The notes beneath the pieces were generated by a model. It had not been told where the DNA came from and did not search any database. It was given only the letters and a program-made list of their open reading frames with translations. A program made the position numbers and the translations under genes. Of a stretch of 64,000 bases of DNA, positions 41,406-52,772 are shown one piece after another. Position 1 is the stretch's first letter. Each line of letters begins with the position of its first letter. Source of the DNA: Octopus vulgaris (Eukaryota); NCBI GenBank assembly GCA_951406725.2, contig OX597821.1:109864001-109928000 (forward strand), written 5' to 3'.

Positions 41406-42135
41406 ATCATCAACTTGATCATCATCATCTGTTCGCTGTTTGTAAAATTAGGCCAAATTTTATAGTTTTGCCGTTTTCATTACGGAGACGTAAACACACC
41501 AGCACCGGTTGTAAAACAGTGGTAAGGAACAAACACACAAACACACATACACGCATACGATGGGCTTCTTTTAGTTCCTGTCTACCAAATTCACTCATAA
41601 AGTTTTGGTTTTTCCCCGAGCCTATTGTAGAAGACACTTGACCAATTTGCCACGCAGTGGGACTGAACCCGGAACCATGTGACTGGAAATCAAACCTTCA
41701 TCACCCCTCTCCTCCTGCTCCTCCTCATCATCGTCAGTTAGGCCATTTGTATTGGCATCTATATAAACTTTGCCGTTTTCATTACGGAGACAGAAACACA
41801 CCAACACCAGTTGTCAAACAGTGGTAGGAGGACAAACATACACGCACACACACACACACACATACACACACACACACACAAACGATGGGCTTCTTTCAGT
41901 TTCTCTCTATCATATTCACTCACAAAGCTTTGGTTTTCCCCAGCGAATTATAGAAACCACTTGACCCAAATGCCACACAATGGGACTGAACCCGGAACCA
42001 TGAATCCTTCTCCCGCATCTCATCCTCATCATCATCGTCATGACTCTGAACATCAACATCATCAGTTCGGTGTTTGTAAAGTTAGGTGATTTGTATTGGT
42101 ATCCATACAAACTAAATGTTTTGTCATTTTCGTTT
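41020..42135 (-). repeat. Tandem array of about 3.3 units (300-400 bp) derived from SINE A plus flank
   Basis: Unit GTTTGTAAA.TTAGGCCA..GTTTTGCCGTTTT.ATTACGGAGAC..GGAACCATGTGACTGGAAATCAAACCTTCATC starts near 41020, 41430, 41735 and 42063; a related unit resumes at 43300-43690. Confidence 0.8.
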
Positions 42136-42137
42136 CA

Positions 42138-42320
42138 GTTGAATATTTAAGAGATGAAGAATTTTTACATTATTTACATTATTTACATTTGATGGATAAT
42201 TGTCCTCATCTTATTTGTTGTTAAAATAACATTTCGGCTGATATACCCTCCAGCCTTCATCAGGTGCCTTGGGGAAATTTCGAACCTGGGTTCTCATTCC
42301 TAAGGTATTTTTCTATGTTG
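42138..42320 (-). mobile_element. H1 element (left arm), HHR at 42223-42268
   Basis: Minus strand GGCAC-CTGATGA-A-GGCTG-GAGGGTATAT-CAGCC-GAAAT-GTT. Confidence 0.85.
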
Positions 42321-42368
42321 TTGTTGTTGTTGTTGTTGTTGTCGTCGTCATCATCATCATCATCATCA

Positions 42369-42444
<76 letters not shown>

Positions 42445-42445
42445 C

Positions 42446-42470
<25 letters not shown>

Positions 42471-42476
<6 letters not shown>

Positions 42477-42590
42477 TCACTGTCTGGAATCGAACTCGGA
42501 ATCTTGGGGTTAGTAGCCCGAGCTCTTAACCACTATGCCATATGCCGGTAGGCTCACGGGCATAGGGCGTAGTGATTAAGAGTGCCTGAA
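42471..42590. mobile_element. Head-to-head pair of tRNA-derived units
   Basis: Minus: GGCATATGGCATAGTGGTTAAGAGC..GAGTTCGATTCC..GACCTGAA. Plus (internally deleted): GGCATAGGGCGTAGTGATTAAGAGTG-CCTGAA. (TTA)n on the left, (TAA)n on the right. Confidence 0.65.
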
Positions 42591-42608
42591 TAATAATAAT
42601 AATAATAA

Positions 42609-43058
42609 GCAAATATTCTGCTCAATACCACAGATTTGCTTGTCAGTTTTTTTACCTTAACTAGTTGAGCATGTCCCTTAGTGGCTGACGATATGTGCAT
42701 CTCTGATCACGAGCAGAAGTAGTGGGGGAGCATCATAGCCATGTGTTGAGAGGGATTCTTTGGGGTTTGAATAATTCACCTCTGGAAACATGGGTGGTTC
42801 TTTCAACATCCTTAAACAACCCTTATTCAGGGACCTTTTGAGCGGGATGGGCTACTCAACCTGAAGAAAATTCTAATTGGGCCCCACCTGCAAGGTCATG
42901 TGCTGTTTATCTTGATATGAGATTACCATGTCGCGCACATATGGTTGTGATGCATGTGCCTGGTGTACCCTTATCAGACGGGTAGTAATGATGGGTATAT
43001 TGGGCTTCGTATATTTTACCCCAGTGTCACTTTGATGGCATGCACTGCTCTCTCACTC
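42609..43058 (+). mobile_element. Family D (TAA)n-inserted element, longer copy
   Basis: See 2381-2734; extends about 96 bp further to the left. Confidence 0.85.
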
Positions 43059-43075
43059 AATAATAATAATAATAA

Positions 43076-43140
<65 letters not shown>

Positions 43141-43144
43141 CAAC

Positions 43145-43293
43145 AACATCGAAATTACCTTAGGAATGAGAACCCAGGTTCAAAATTTCCTCAAGACACC
43201 TGATGAATGCTGGAGGGTATATAAGCCGAGACAACAAACAAGATGAGGACAAATATCCGTCAAATGTAAATAATGTAAATAATGTAAATAATG
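43145..43293 (+). mobile_element. H1 element (right arm), HHR partly deleted
   Basis: AACATCGAAATTACCTTAGGAATGAGAACCCAGGTTC..GACAC-CTGATGA-ATGCTG..AAGCC-GAGAC. Confidence 0.85.
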
Positions 43294-43417
43294 TTTCCAT
43301 TTCAGTTAGCATTTTTGTCTGGAAGTTAGGACGACGTAAACACACCAACACTGGTTGTGAAGCGGTGGTAGTCGACAAACATACACACACACACTCACAC
43401 ACACACACACACACACT

Positions 43418-43448
<31 letters not shown>

Positions 43449-43757
43449 ACACACTCACACAAATACACACACATACACACACACACATACGATGGGCTTT
43501 TCTCAGATCCTGTCTACAAAATTCCCTCACAAATCTTTGGTTTTTCCCGAGTCTACTGTAGAAGGCACTTGACCAAGTTGCCACGCAGCGGGACTGAACC
43601 CGGAATCATGTGATTGTTAAGCAAGCTACTTACCACACTGCCACACCTGGTTATTAAAATATTTGTCAACCTGAAAAATGCCATGTCATCCTACACTTCT
43701 TCCTCTTTCTCCTCCTCCTCCTCTTCATCACTGTCATCGTCCTCCTCATCATCACTG

Positions 43758-43803
<46 letters not shown>

Positions 43804-44629
43804 CCATTATCATAATCATCATCATCACCATCTTCATTATCACCCTCCTCCCCTTCATCATCATCATCATCATCATCATTACTTTGATCACCATCCTCAT
43901 TATCATCATCATCGTTATCATTTTCAACACCATCATCATCATCATCATCTTCATTATTACCCTCATCATCATCATCATCATCATCATCACTCTTATCATC
44001 ATCGTCATCATCATCATCATCATCATGCTCATCGTCACCCTCCTCCTCCTCATCATCATCATGCGAAATCCGGAACCATGTGGTTGAGAAGCACACCTGG
44101 TTGTTAAAATGTGTGTCAACCGGAAAAATGCGACAGACTTTCTCATTGCCAAATGATCATCTTCATCATCAACCTTCTCTTCTGCCTCCTCTTCGCTTTC
44201 CTCCTCCTTCTCTTCCTCATCATCATCATTATCATGTCAAGTCAAGGACATTACCATTTCGAGTTTTAGGGCCCAAACGTCTTGTTACCTGACCACCGTG
44301 TTCCCATGGTGCATAAGTGTCCGACTTCATGGCATTTCCCCTGAACCGGACGCCAGTCCCTCTCAGGACGACACATCTACGGCTGAATGAAGACTAGTGA
44401 TGTGAAATGAGGCGTTCTGCTAAATAACGCAAACTGAATAATATACCCAGTGATATAAATATGGAAATATGGCGAAAAAACGTGGAAGCCTCTAATGTAC
44501 CGCACATGCATTTGTTCGCTAGAGACAAATCATTTGTGCAGGTAGTTCGGCAAGAGCTGAATGCTCATACGTCACCTTCGACAGGGGTGTCCATCATGTA
44601 TGTGTGTATGTCATTATTCAGTTTATTTC

Positions 44630-45426
44630 AAGATTTCTTGCTAATAGAGAAAGAGCCGGTTTCTAACGTAGATTCAAGGCTCCTTCATTGGAATTTCCAC
44701 ATCAACCTATTTTTGTATGTACGTATGTATGTATGTATGTATGTATGTATGTATGTATGTATGTATGTATGTATGTATGTCATTGTTCAGTTTTATTTCA
44801 AAATCTCTTGCCAATAGAGAAAGAACCGGTTTCTAACCTAGACCCAAGATTATTTCACTGGAATTTCAGCATCCACAACAGGATATTTTTGTTTGCATGT
44901 ATGTATGTATGTATGTATGTATGTATGTATGTATGTATGTATGTATGTATGTATTATGTATGTATGTATGTATTATGTATGTATTCTCATGCATTTAGTT
45001 CCATATCTAGACATGCTCATATATATTTAAATGATAAACTTCTGGAAAGTTGTATGTATGTATGTATGTATGTATGTATGCATGCATGCATGTATGTATG
45101 TATATATGTATGTATGTATATATGTATGTATGTATGTATTTGTTCAGTTTTGTTTCAAGACTTTTTGCCAATTGAGGAAGATCCGGTTTCTAACCTAGAT
45201 CCACGTCTCCTTCATTCGAATTTCAACATCAACAACAAGGTATTCTTGTATGTATGTATGTATGTATGTATGTATGTATGTATGTATGTATGTATGTATG
45301 TATGTATGTATGTATGTATGTATGTATGTATGTATGTATGTATCTATGTATGTATGTATGTGTGCAGTTTTTTATGTTTTGCTTTATGAATGTATTCTCA
45401 TGCATATAGCTGCATACCTAGACATG

Positions 45427-45430
<4 letters not shown>
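44630..45430 (-). mobile_element. Stack of at least three REL-LINE 3' ends separated by (TATG)n
   Basis: Module TTCAGTTT.TTTCAA.A.T..TTGC.AAT.GAG.AAGA.CCGGTTTCTAAC.TAGA recurs near 44636, 44784 and 45140. ORF-end/UTR block ATATTTAAATGATAAACTTCT..AAGTT (45024-45050) is shared with 29841-29870. Confidence 0.75.
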
Positions 45431-45471
<41 letters not shown>

Positions 45472-45531
45472 AAATGAAGAAAATGCTGACAAATAATTGA
45501 AGTAATTTAAGTAATTTAATTAGGTGAATGT

Positions 45532-45575
45532 TCTTTTACCGGTTGCGCATTTGTTATGCTTATCAAAATATAAAA
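45532..45575 (-). ncRNA. Variant minimal hammerhead in the PLE 3' end (U3-A8 core)
   Basis: Minus strand TT-TTGATAA-GCAT-AACAA-ATGC-GCA-ACCGGT-A-AAAGAA: stem II GCAT/ATGC, palindromic stem III ACCGGT, GUA site; sense to the ORF, about 70 nt from the element end. Stem I pairing is weak. Confidence 0.55.
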
Positions 45576-45603
45576 GAGATTAGAGTCTGTCTCTTATATG
45601 TGG

Positions 45604-45806
45604 AAAAAAGAGGCTCCAGAGTTGTTTTGGATTTGCTTGGTTTCGCGCCTAAAATTTTGATTGGTCATTATGAAGGGGTCACGTGAATGTTTGAATGGAA
45701 GTTGGTGCTGGGGTAAGAAAAAGGCTCCAGAGAAGTTAAAATTTGGCTAGTGTCCCGCCTAAAATTTCTTATTGGCCATAATAAAGAGGTCACGTGAATG
45801 TTTAGA
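45604..45806 (-). promoter_or_regulatory. Duplicated putative internal promoter module (E-box, CCAAT, E2F-like) of the PLE
   Basis: Two ~90-bp units (45604-45695, 45716-45806), each with GTCACGTGA, ATTGG (CCAAT) and TTTCGCGCC or TGTCCCGCC, conserved while the spacers diverge. Confidence 0.5.
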
Positions 45807-46278
45807 ATTTTCGAAAATAGTGTTGTTGAAACTTCTTATTGTTCAGGCTGGTCAGTAGACGTCATGTGGATATTTTAAATAGCTTTTTAGCGCGTAGTTA
45901 GGGAGTGTATTTTCCGCTTGACTGGATAAGTAAGTTCGTTTAGAACAGGGAGAGCTGTATGTATGTATGTGTGTGCGCGCGCGCGCGTGTGTGTGTTTAT
46001 ATGTATGTTGGGGCGCGCGCGTGTATATATGTGTGTGTGTGGGTACAATTTTCAATATTTATAGTTCTGCTGGCCTTGTGCCTGTATCGGGAAGCAACGT
46101 ATTTGTGTGAAGTCAATATTTACAGCCATTTCCAAAAAATAGTGTTGGATGTTTTGCACCCGTATTCAATTATGTGTATGTGTGGAACCATATATTTGTG
46201 TGTGTCATGGTGTTAATATCTGGGTAAAGGTGTGTGTAGGGTGTGTGCAGGTGTAAGTGTGTTTGTTGTGGGTTCGTG

Positions 46279-47814
46279 TTAGGGGCATGTGTTTAGAACT
46301 GGTCTGTATTTATTAATAAGGTGGGATTCCATGGTTATTCGCTGGGTATGAGTGGCATTGTCTTTAAATTTGTAGAGGGGAAAGATTCTAAAATTGGGAT
46401 GGAGTTGTGCGGCACAGGTATCAATATGTGCACTAAATGCTATTTTTCTATATTCCTGTATTTTTATTTGGGATCTGTGGACAGTCATGCGTTGGCGGAG
46501 GCTATTTTTTGTTTGGCCTATGTAGTGTTCATTACAGCCCGAGCAAGTTAAGACATATACTAGGTTTTCTGATGCGCATGTGAAGTTGTGTTTTACTGTG
46601 AAACGTTGTCCTTGTTTAAAAAGGAATTCCGGACCTTCTATTAGGTTGATGCATATACCACAGTTGGGTCTATTGCATTTGTTTACTGTGGGTTTAGTTG
46701 TTGTGGTTGGCAGTACTTTGGCATTTGTTAGGATGGTTTTCAATGATTTGGGTTGCCTTTTGCTCTTTATGATTTCGTGTGTTAGGAGGATTTGGTTCAT
46801 TCTATGGTCCTTTTGTAATATAGGAATGTTCTGGAGGATGGTGTCAAAAGCTTCATTGTTGAGGGGGTTGTGTGTAGAGATGTATGGTAGAGTATGGGGT
46901 TTCGATGTAACAGGTTTAGGGCGTCTAAGTTCCTGCGTGCTGATTTTTAGGGCGCGTTGGATCCCATTGTCAATTAGTGACGTGGGGTAATCCCTGCTTG
47001 TTAATGTGCCCTTGAGTTCTTGTAGACGTAAGAGACGGGTGTTTTTATTGGAGACTATAGTGCAAATTCTCTTGGCTAAGTTGTAGGGAATGTTAATTTT
47101 AACGTGTCTAGGGTGGCATGAATTGAAAGGGAGGTATTGCTTGGAGTCTGTGGGCTTGTAGTATATGTCTGTTTCTATTTTTTTGTTGTGAATTTTAATG
47201 AGGATGTCGAGGAAGGGAATTTGTTGAGGGCTGTATTCCATTGTGAAAATAATGTTTGTGTTGAGCCCATTTATAAGAGTGTGAAATTCGTTAAGCTTCT
47301 CGACGGTTTCGGGCCAAAGGATGAAGCAGTCATCAAGATATCTCTTCCAGTTCTTCTCTATGTGTGTGTGGAGAGTGGTGCCAAATTGGTTAAGAACGTT
47401 ATTATAGAGGGTGATTTCCAGGTATCCCATGACTAAGTTGGCGTAAGTGGGAGCTGTTTTCGTTCCCATTGCCGTCCCTGATTTCTGTCTGTAGAATTTG
47501 TTGTTGAAGGTGAAGAAATTATTCTCTAAGATGAATTTGAGTCCTTCTAAAATAAATTCCTTTTTGATGCGGTGTGGGAGTTCGTTGGAGTAATTATCCA
47601 GCCAGAATTGGATAGCTTCTATTCCTAGGTTGTGGGGGATGTTGGAGTAAAGATTGACTACATCGAATGTTACTAGCAGGGTTTGTTCAGCAAGAAGTGT
47701 ATTGGGGAGGTGGTTGAGCATATCTAGATCGTCCCTTATGTAGCTTTTAATGTGTTTGAGGAACGGCTTGAGAAGGGTATCAATGAAGTTGCTAAGGCGG
47801 TGGGTTTCGCAAGC
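46279..47814 (-). CDS. PLE reverse transcriptase + GIY-YIG endonuclease (N-terminally truncated, frame uninterrupted)
   Basis: Frame is open upstream of the Met at 47721 (ACETHRLSNFIDTLLKPFLKHIKSYIRDDLD). RT motifs LVTFDVVNLYSNI, QKSGTAMGTKTAPTYANL, RYLDD, PFLD, YYKPT, SCHP; Cys linker KCNRPNCGIC; NLVYVLTCSGC..YIGQT..LRQRM..H..H..R...E...I....P.LN. Confidence 0.95.
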   Translation of the reverse strand, partial: ACETHRLSNFIDTLLKPFLKHIKSYIRDDLDMLNHLPNTLLAEQTLLVTFDVVNLYSNIPHNLGIEAIQFWLDNYSNELPHRIKKEFILEGLKFILENNFFTFNNKFYRQKSGTAMGTKTAPTYANLVMGYLEITLYNNVLNQFGTTLHTHIEKNWKRYLDDCFILWPETVEKLNEFHTLINGLNTNIIFTMEYSPQQIPFLDILIKIHNKKIETDIYYKPTDSKQYLPFNSCHPRHVKINIPYNLAKRICTIVSNKNTRLLRLQELKGTLTSRDYPTSLIDNGIQRALKISTQELRRPKPVTSKPHTLPYISTHNPLNNEAFDTILQNIPILQKDHRMNQILLTHEIIKSKRQPKSLKTILTNAKVLPTTTTKPTVNKCNRPNCGICINLIEGPEFLFKQGQRFTVKHNFTCASENLVYVLTCSGCNEHYIGQTKNSLRQRMTVHRSQIKIQEYRKIAFSAHIDTCAAQLHPNFRIFPLYKFKDNATHTQRITMESHLINKYRPVLNTCP

Positions 47815-48923
47815 ATATATATATATATATATATATATATATGCTTAACTGATAAACTTCTGGGAAGTTTTATGCATGTATGTAACGCTGGAATTTATTA
47901 GTTATGCGACTCTTAAATGTAGTTAACTTCGATAGCGTCAAGTGTCATGCTCGGCGCCTGCTATCCGCCGGTATATAGCCATATTCTACCACTACCAACC
48001 TTTATGAACAAGGTTGCTAATTTTAATGACATCTTTGAAGAAGAAATTAAGTGTTCCTTTAATTTACAACCTCACATTGTTATCCACAGTAGTTATTTGA
48101 CAGTTGTAGCCCCAACCACTTTACATTTCTTAAATGTTGGCAATTGTGATAAGAAATTTCACTTATTCATAATCATTCGATTAATCAACACGTCACTGCT
48201 CGCTTGTGCATTTGGTTAGTCTGATGAGTTGAGCGTTTTATAACATATTACGTAATCTTATTGATGTTGAGTACAATGCACACCTGACTATACTATCCTT
48301 ATGTCATAATAAAAATTCTTAATGAAACAATTATCGCAATACCAGATAACCAATTCATGTATTTGTTATTGTGTGTGAGTGGGTGAGAGTGCGTGTGAAT
48401 TTAATATACATCTATAGACATAATACTTGGACCCATCGCCAGTGTTATATCCCGGAATCACAGGGTGTTTCGGCTCAAACAACATGCACCTTATCCAAGC
48501 AACCCAGCGGCACTCAGACAGCATCGTTTTCAGAGTCATTGCTCATCATCATCAGTCGGGAGTAGCATGGCTTGCTAGCTGTCTCTGGATGCTGGTTTTG
48601 CTGGGTGGAGGTGTTTGTCTCCACTTTGAAAACATAAGGACAAAGGAAAGGTGTCAAGTCCAACAGGAAACGGTGTATCCTAGGGGTAAATAACAGAAGC
48701 ATTCTTCCCTTTTATGGGTCTGTCACATTAAGTTGACAACTACTAACACTTTATTGTGCTGCTACTCCACAAATCTCTCTGAGTGATTTAGAAATGTATT
48801 ATTTCATATAAAAATGTATAAAACAAGATGGCATGAATAGGCTTTAATCCCTAAACGCAACAATTGTTTCTGTACATTAGTAATAGCCGTTATTTGCTGA
48901 GTTATTCATATCGTACAATTATA

Positions 48924-49808
48924 CGAGATCTGCTCAATAAGTATACGAACTGTTGCCATAGTAACGAAGCTAAATCACGCAGAGTGAAATCGCTTGGAAA
49001 ATATTGACCTTTGAACTCTGCTGTGCATGCGCATTAAGATTTAACGTTCTAGTTCACTTCTGTCGTTTACAGCAGAGCTTGGAAGGAAGGTGTGTAGTGT
49101 GTGATCGTCGAATAGACCATGACAGAAAAAGTTGTCATGGCGATATCTGTTCAGAGGGCCACGCAAAATTGCGGAAAGTTTATGGAGAGGAGTGTATGAG
49201 CTGCACACAAGTGTTCGAGTAGCTCAGACTTTCAAAGATGGCCGGAAAAATGTCAATATTGAAGACCGATTTGGGAGACCCGCAACCAGCAGAAGTGAGA
49301 AAAACATCGCAGATGTGCGTGCAGCTATGAGGAGAAATCGTCGAATCACCATCAGTGAGTTATCAGGGGACGTGCTGATTAGTTACCGTTCAGTTAAGTC
49401 GGAAGATTTGAATATGAGACGCGTTTCTGCCAAGTTTGTGCCAAAACAGCTTTCAGCTGACCAAAATGAGGTTCGGGTTTCAGTTGCACAAGATCTCCTT
49501 GATTGGGTCGAGAACAATGAAAACTTTTTGAAAACTTTACCGAGGCCTCTGAGCAGGTATTGCCAAGTTTTGGCAAAATTTGATGCAGATTCTCTGCTCA
49601 ACTTTCTCTGTGATGGTCAATGCGGCGATCACACGCTACACAACTTCCTTCCAAGCAATGCTGTAAACAGGGGAAGTGAGCTAGAACGTGAAAACTTAGT
49701 GCTCGTGCACAGCAGAGATGAAAGTAATTCTGTGCCAAGCAGCTTTCCGCTACGTGCTTTAGCATTGTTACCATGATAACGGTCCGGATACTTATTGATC
49801 AGACCACA
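48924..49808 (+). mobile_element. Non-autonomous mariner (deletion derivative)
   Basis: About 60-bp imperfect TIRs (CGAGATCTGCTCAATAAGTAT / ATACTTATTGATCAGACCACA) with TA on both sides. N-terminal transposase KVYGEECMSCTQVFE..FKDGR..DRFGRP..RRITISEL..LNMRRVSAKFVPK; catalytic region missing. Confidence 0.9.
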
Positions 49809-50564
49809 TATAAATCTTTTACAAGTATGATCCAGCAATAACTGTGTTCCTGCACGTCATCAGGTAAGTGGCCGTGAGAGCAATGCTTCGAGTTTTTTGG
49901 GATCTTTTCGCTTTGTCCGGCAGATTTTCAAAATAATTTCTTTGTAACTAAACACTTTTAAACTTCGTATACTGGTAGAATGTGTTTATAACACATCTTT
50001 TTCTCTTGGCTTTCTTGAGAAAATTCTGTAGTTTGTAAGCTATTTGTTCTTTAATTTCTTGCATTTCGGCAATTTCAACCAACCAATGACGTCTCTTGAG
50101 GTGAAAACAATTTCTGCCGTAGTATGTCAACAACATTTTCTGGCGGTGTCATATGAAAATGTCCCTGTTATTTATGAGAAAAAAGATACCCTGTGGCCAT
50201 AAAATGAGGATCCGTTTTTTGTTCGCCATCCTCAAACTTAAAAGAGTGAGCAAGCCTAAACTTCGAAGTCACAATCAGCCGTTTCCTACCAATGATTCAT
50301 AAATATGTATTCGCCGCAAAAAATATATTCCGTAATTCCTCAGTTTAATGTTAATTATTTTTTATTTTTTTGTGGGCTGCCGTCCAAAGAGTGAAAATAT
50401 TAAAAAAGCAAAAGAAAACAAAAAATAACAAGTATCACACGCGTGTGTGTGTGTGTGCGTGTGCGTGTGTGTGTGTGCGTGTGTGTGTTTGTGTGTGTTA
50501 TGTATGTGCGTGTATGAGTGTATGCATATGTATGTATGCATATGTGAGCGTGTGTATGTGTACG

Positions 50565-50599
<35 letters not shown>

Positions 50600-50624
50600 A
50601 TGTGTGTGTGTGTGTATTTATGTA

Positions 50625-50685
<61 letters not shown>

Positions 50686-50867
50686 GTATGTATTATATAT
50701 GTAGAAAATGTATGTGTACATATACCTACACACATCATACATACGTATATACACACATATATAATGTACGTATGCATGTATATAAATGTGTGTGTATTTG
50801 TACGTGTGGGTGCGTGCATGAATCAAAGACAGTGAGAGAAAGAGAGAGAGAGAGAGAAAGAAAGAGA

Positions 50868-50905
<38 letters not shown>

Positions 50906-50955
50906 GAGAGATAGAGGTCGTTAATAAACCGCTTTCAATTACTGTTTTAACCAAG

Positions 50956-51134
50956 CAATCTGCACCGGTAATCACTCACCTGCCCTACCTGCACCTCCTG
51001 CCAGAAAGGTCGCACACCTGTCCGTACAAGAGGAAGAAGTTTATTATTGAAGAGTATGTAACACCTGGAGAATATGTACGAAATTGTGGTGATATTGCTT
51101 TTAAACGATATCCTTTTGTAAACAGAATGTACAG
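50956..51134 (+). CDS. Candidate coding exon (QSAPVITHLPYLHLLPERSHTCPYKRKKFIIEEYVTPGEYVRNCGDIAFKRYPFVNRMYR)
   Basis: Unique island between microsatellites with an open frame; acceptors at 50955 or 51004; donor AG|GTGGGG, phase 2, compatible with the 58056 exon. Confidence 0.4.
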
Positions 51135-51191
51135 GTGGGGGAGTAGGGGCAGAGACAAAGAATGGGTGAGTGAGACAGACAGACTGCTAGG

Positions 51192-51339
<148 letters not shown>

Positions 51340-51443
51340 CAGAAAGAAAGACAGTTTGAAAGAGAGAAATAATGAGAGAGAAGGATGTGCATGCTAGAGT
51401 GTATCTCCCACTCTCTCTCTCTCTCTCTCTCACTCACTCTCTG

Positions 51444-51540
<97 letters not shown>

Positions 51541-51984
51541 GTGTGTCAGTGTGTTTATCTCTCTGTTCCTATATCTATGTGTCTGTCTACATATCTATCT
51601 ACATAACTGCATGTATATTCCGAGAGAGAGACAGACAGACAGACAGACAAACAGAGAGAGAGAAAGAGGGAGAAAGAGATACTGAATGCAACAAGGGAGC
51701 ATATATGTATATCTATATGTATATATATACATATAAATATGTATATATATATGTGTGTGTTTACGTGCGTATGCAAGTGTGTGTATGTAAATATATATAT
51801 ATATGTATGTATGTGTGTAAGTATGTATGTATATATATATATGTATATATATATATACCCACACACACACATATATATATATGTATATACATATATATAT
51901 ATATATACACACACATATATATATACATATATATATATACATACATACACACACATATATTTATATACATACATACACACACAT

Positions 51985-52021
<37 letters not shown>

Positions 52022-52032
52022 CAGAGAGAGAG

Positions 52033-52072
<40 letters not shown>

Positions 52073-52460
52073 AGAGAGAGAGAGTGAGTGAGAACTAGAG
52101 AGAAGGTTAAAACACTGCAAGACAGGTAACAGATTCCTGAAAATCCGTTACATTTCAGTATGTAATGATCGCAATTGCTGTTCTTCTAGAATTAGAGCTG
52201 GAATTGTTTGGCCTGCTGCCTTCATTATAATAGACAATATTTTGACATTTCTTCTCAATCTCATGTAATTTTTCATAAAGTTTGTTTGTTTGTTTGTTTG
52301 TTTCTCAAGTATTATTTTTTTTATTTATTTACTTTAGAATTTTTTGTTATTTTCTGCTCAGATTCTTTTCTCATTGTTTTTGTAACGAATGGTTAGTTAA
52401 GTGAGGGAAATTACCGAGAAACCAATGTAGAATGTGTGTGTACGTGTTTGATTTGTGCGG

Positions 52461-52614
<154 letters not shown>

Positions 52615-52636
52615 GTATATATATATATATATATCG

Positions 52637-52708
52637 GGGGATGTAGCTCAGTGGTAGAGCGTTCACTTTGCATGCGAAAGGCCCCGGGTTCGATCCCCGG
52701 CATCTTCA
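52637..52708 (+). tRNA. tRNA-Ala(TGC), probably a retroposed or pseudogene copy
   Basis: GGGGATG-TA-GCTC-AGTGGTA-GAGC-G-TTCAC-TT-TGC-AT-GCGAA-AGGCC-CCGGG-TTCGATC-CCCGG-CATCTTC-A. G3:U70 identity pair present; extra G2:U71 wobble and an A-C mismatch in the anticodon stem. Confidence 0.85.
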
Positions 52709-52772
52709 GAATATTTTGAATGGCGGTGCCCCAGCATGGCCACAGCTCATGAGCTGAAATTAGAATCAATCA

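Larger units (their letters stand above)
45463..47815 (-). mobile_element. 5'-truncated Penelope-like retroelement (Neptune-like) inserted in (TA)n
   Basis: RT-GIY-YIG ORF plus about 815 bp of 3' region; (TA)n on both sides; splits an REL-LINE 3' UTR (45391-45430 continues at 47843-47872). Confidence 0.92.

Noticed and set aside
44630-45250. Repeat-spacer pattern resembling a CRISPR array; also HHR-like CCAATGA...GAAACCGG in the module
   Set aside because: Eukaryotic context, the spacers are (TATG)n and the modules are LINE 3' ends. The HHR-like core has two or more mismatches and no clear stem I.
48505-48565. Minus-strand CTGATGA...GAAA
   Set aside because: Arises from a short (TCA)n run; the stems do not close.
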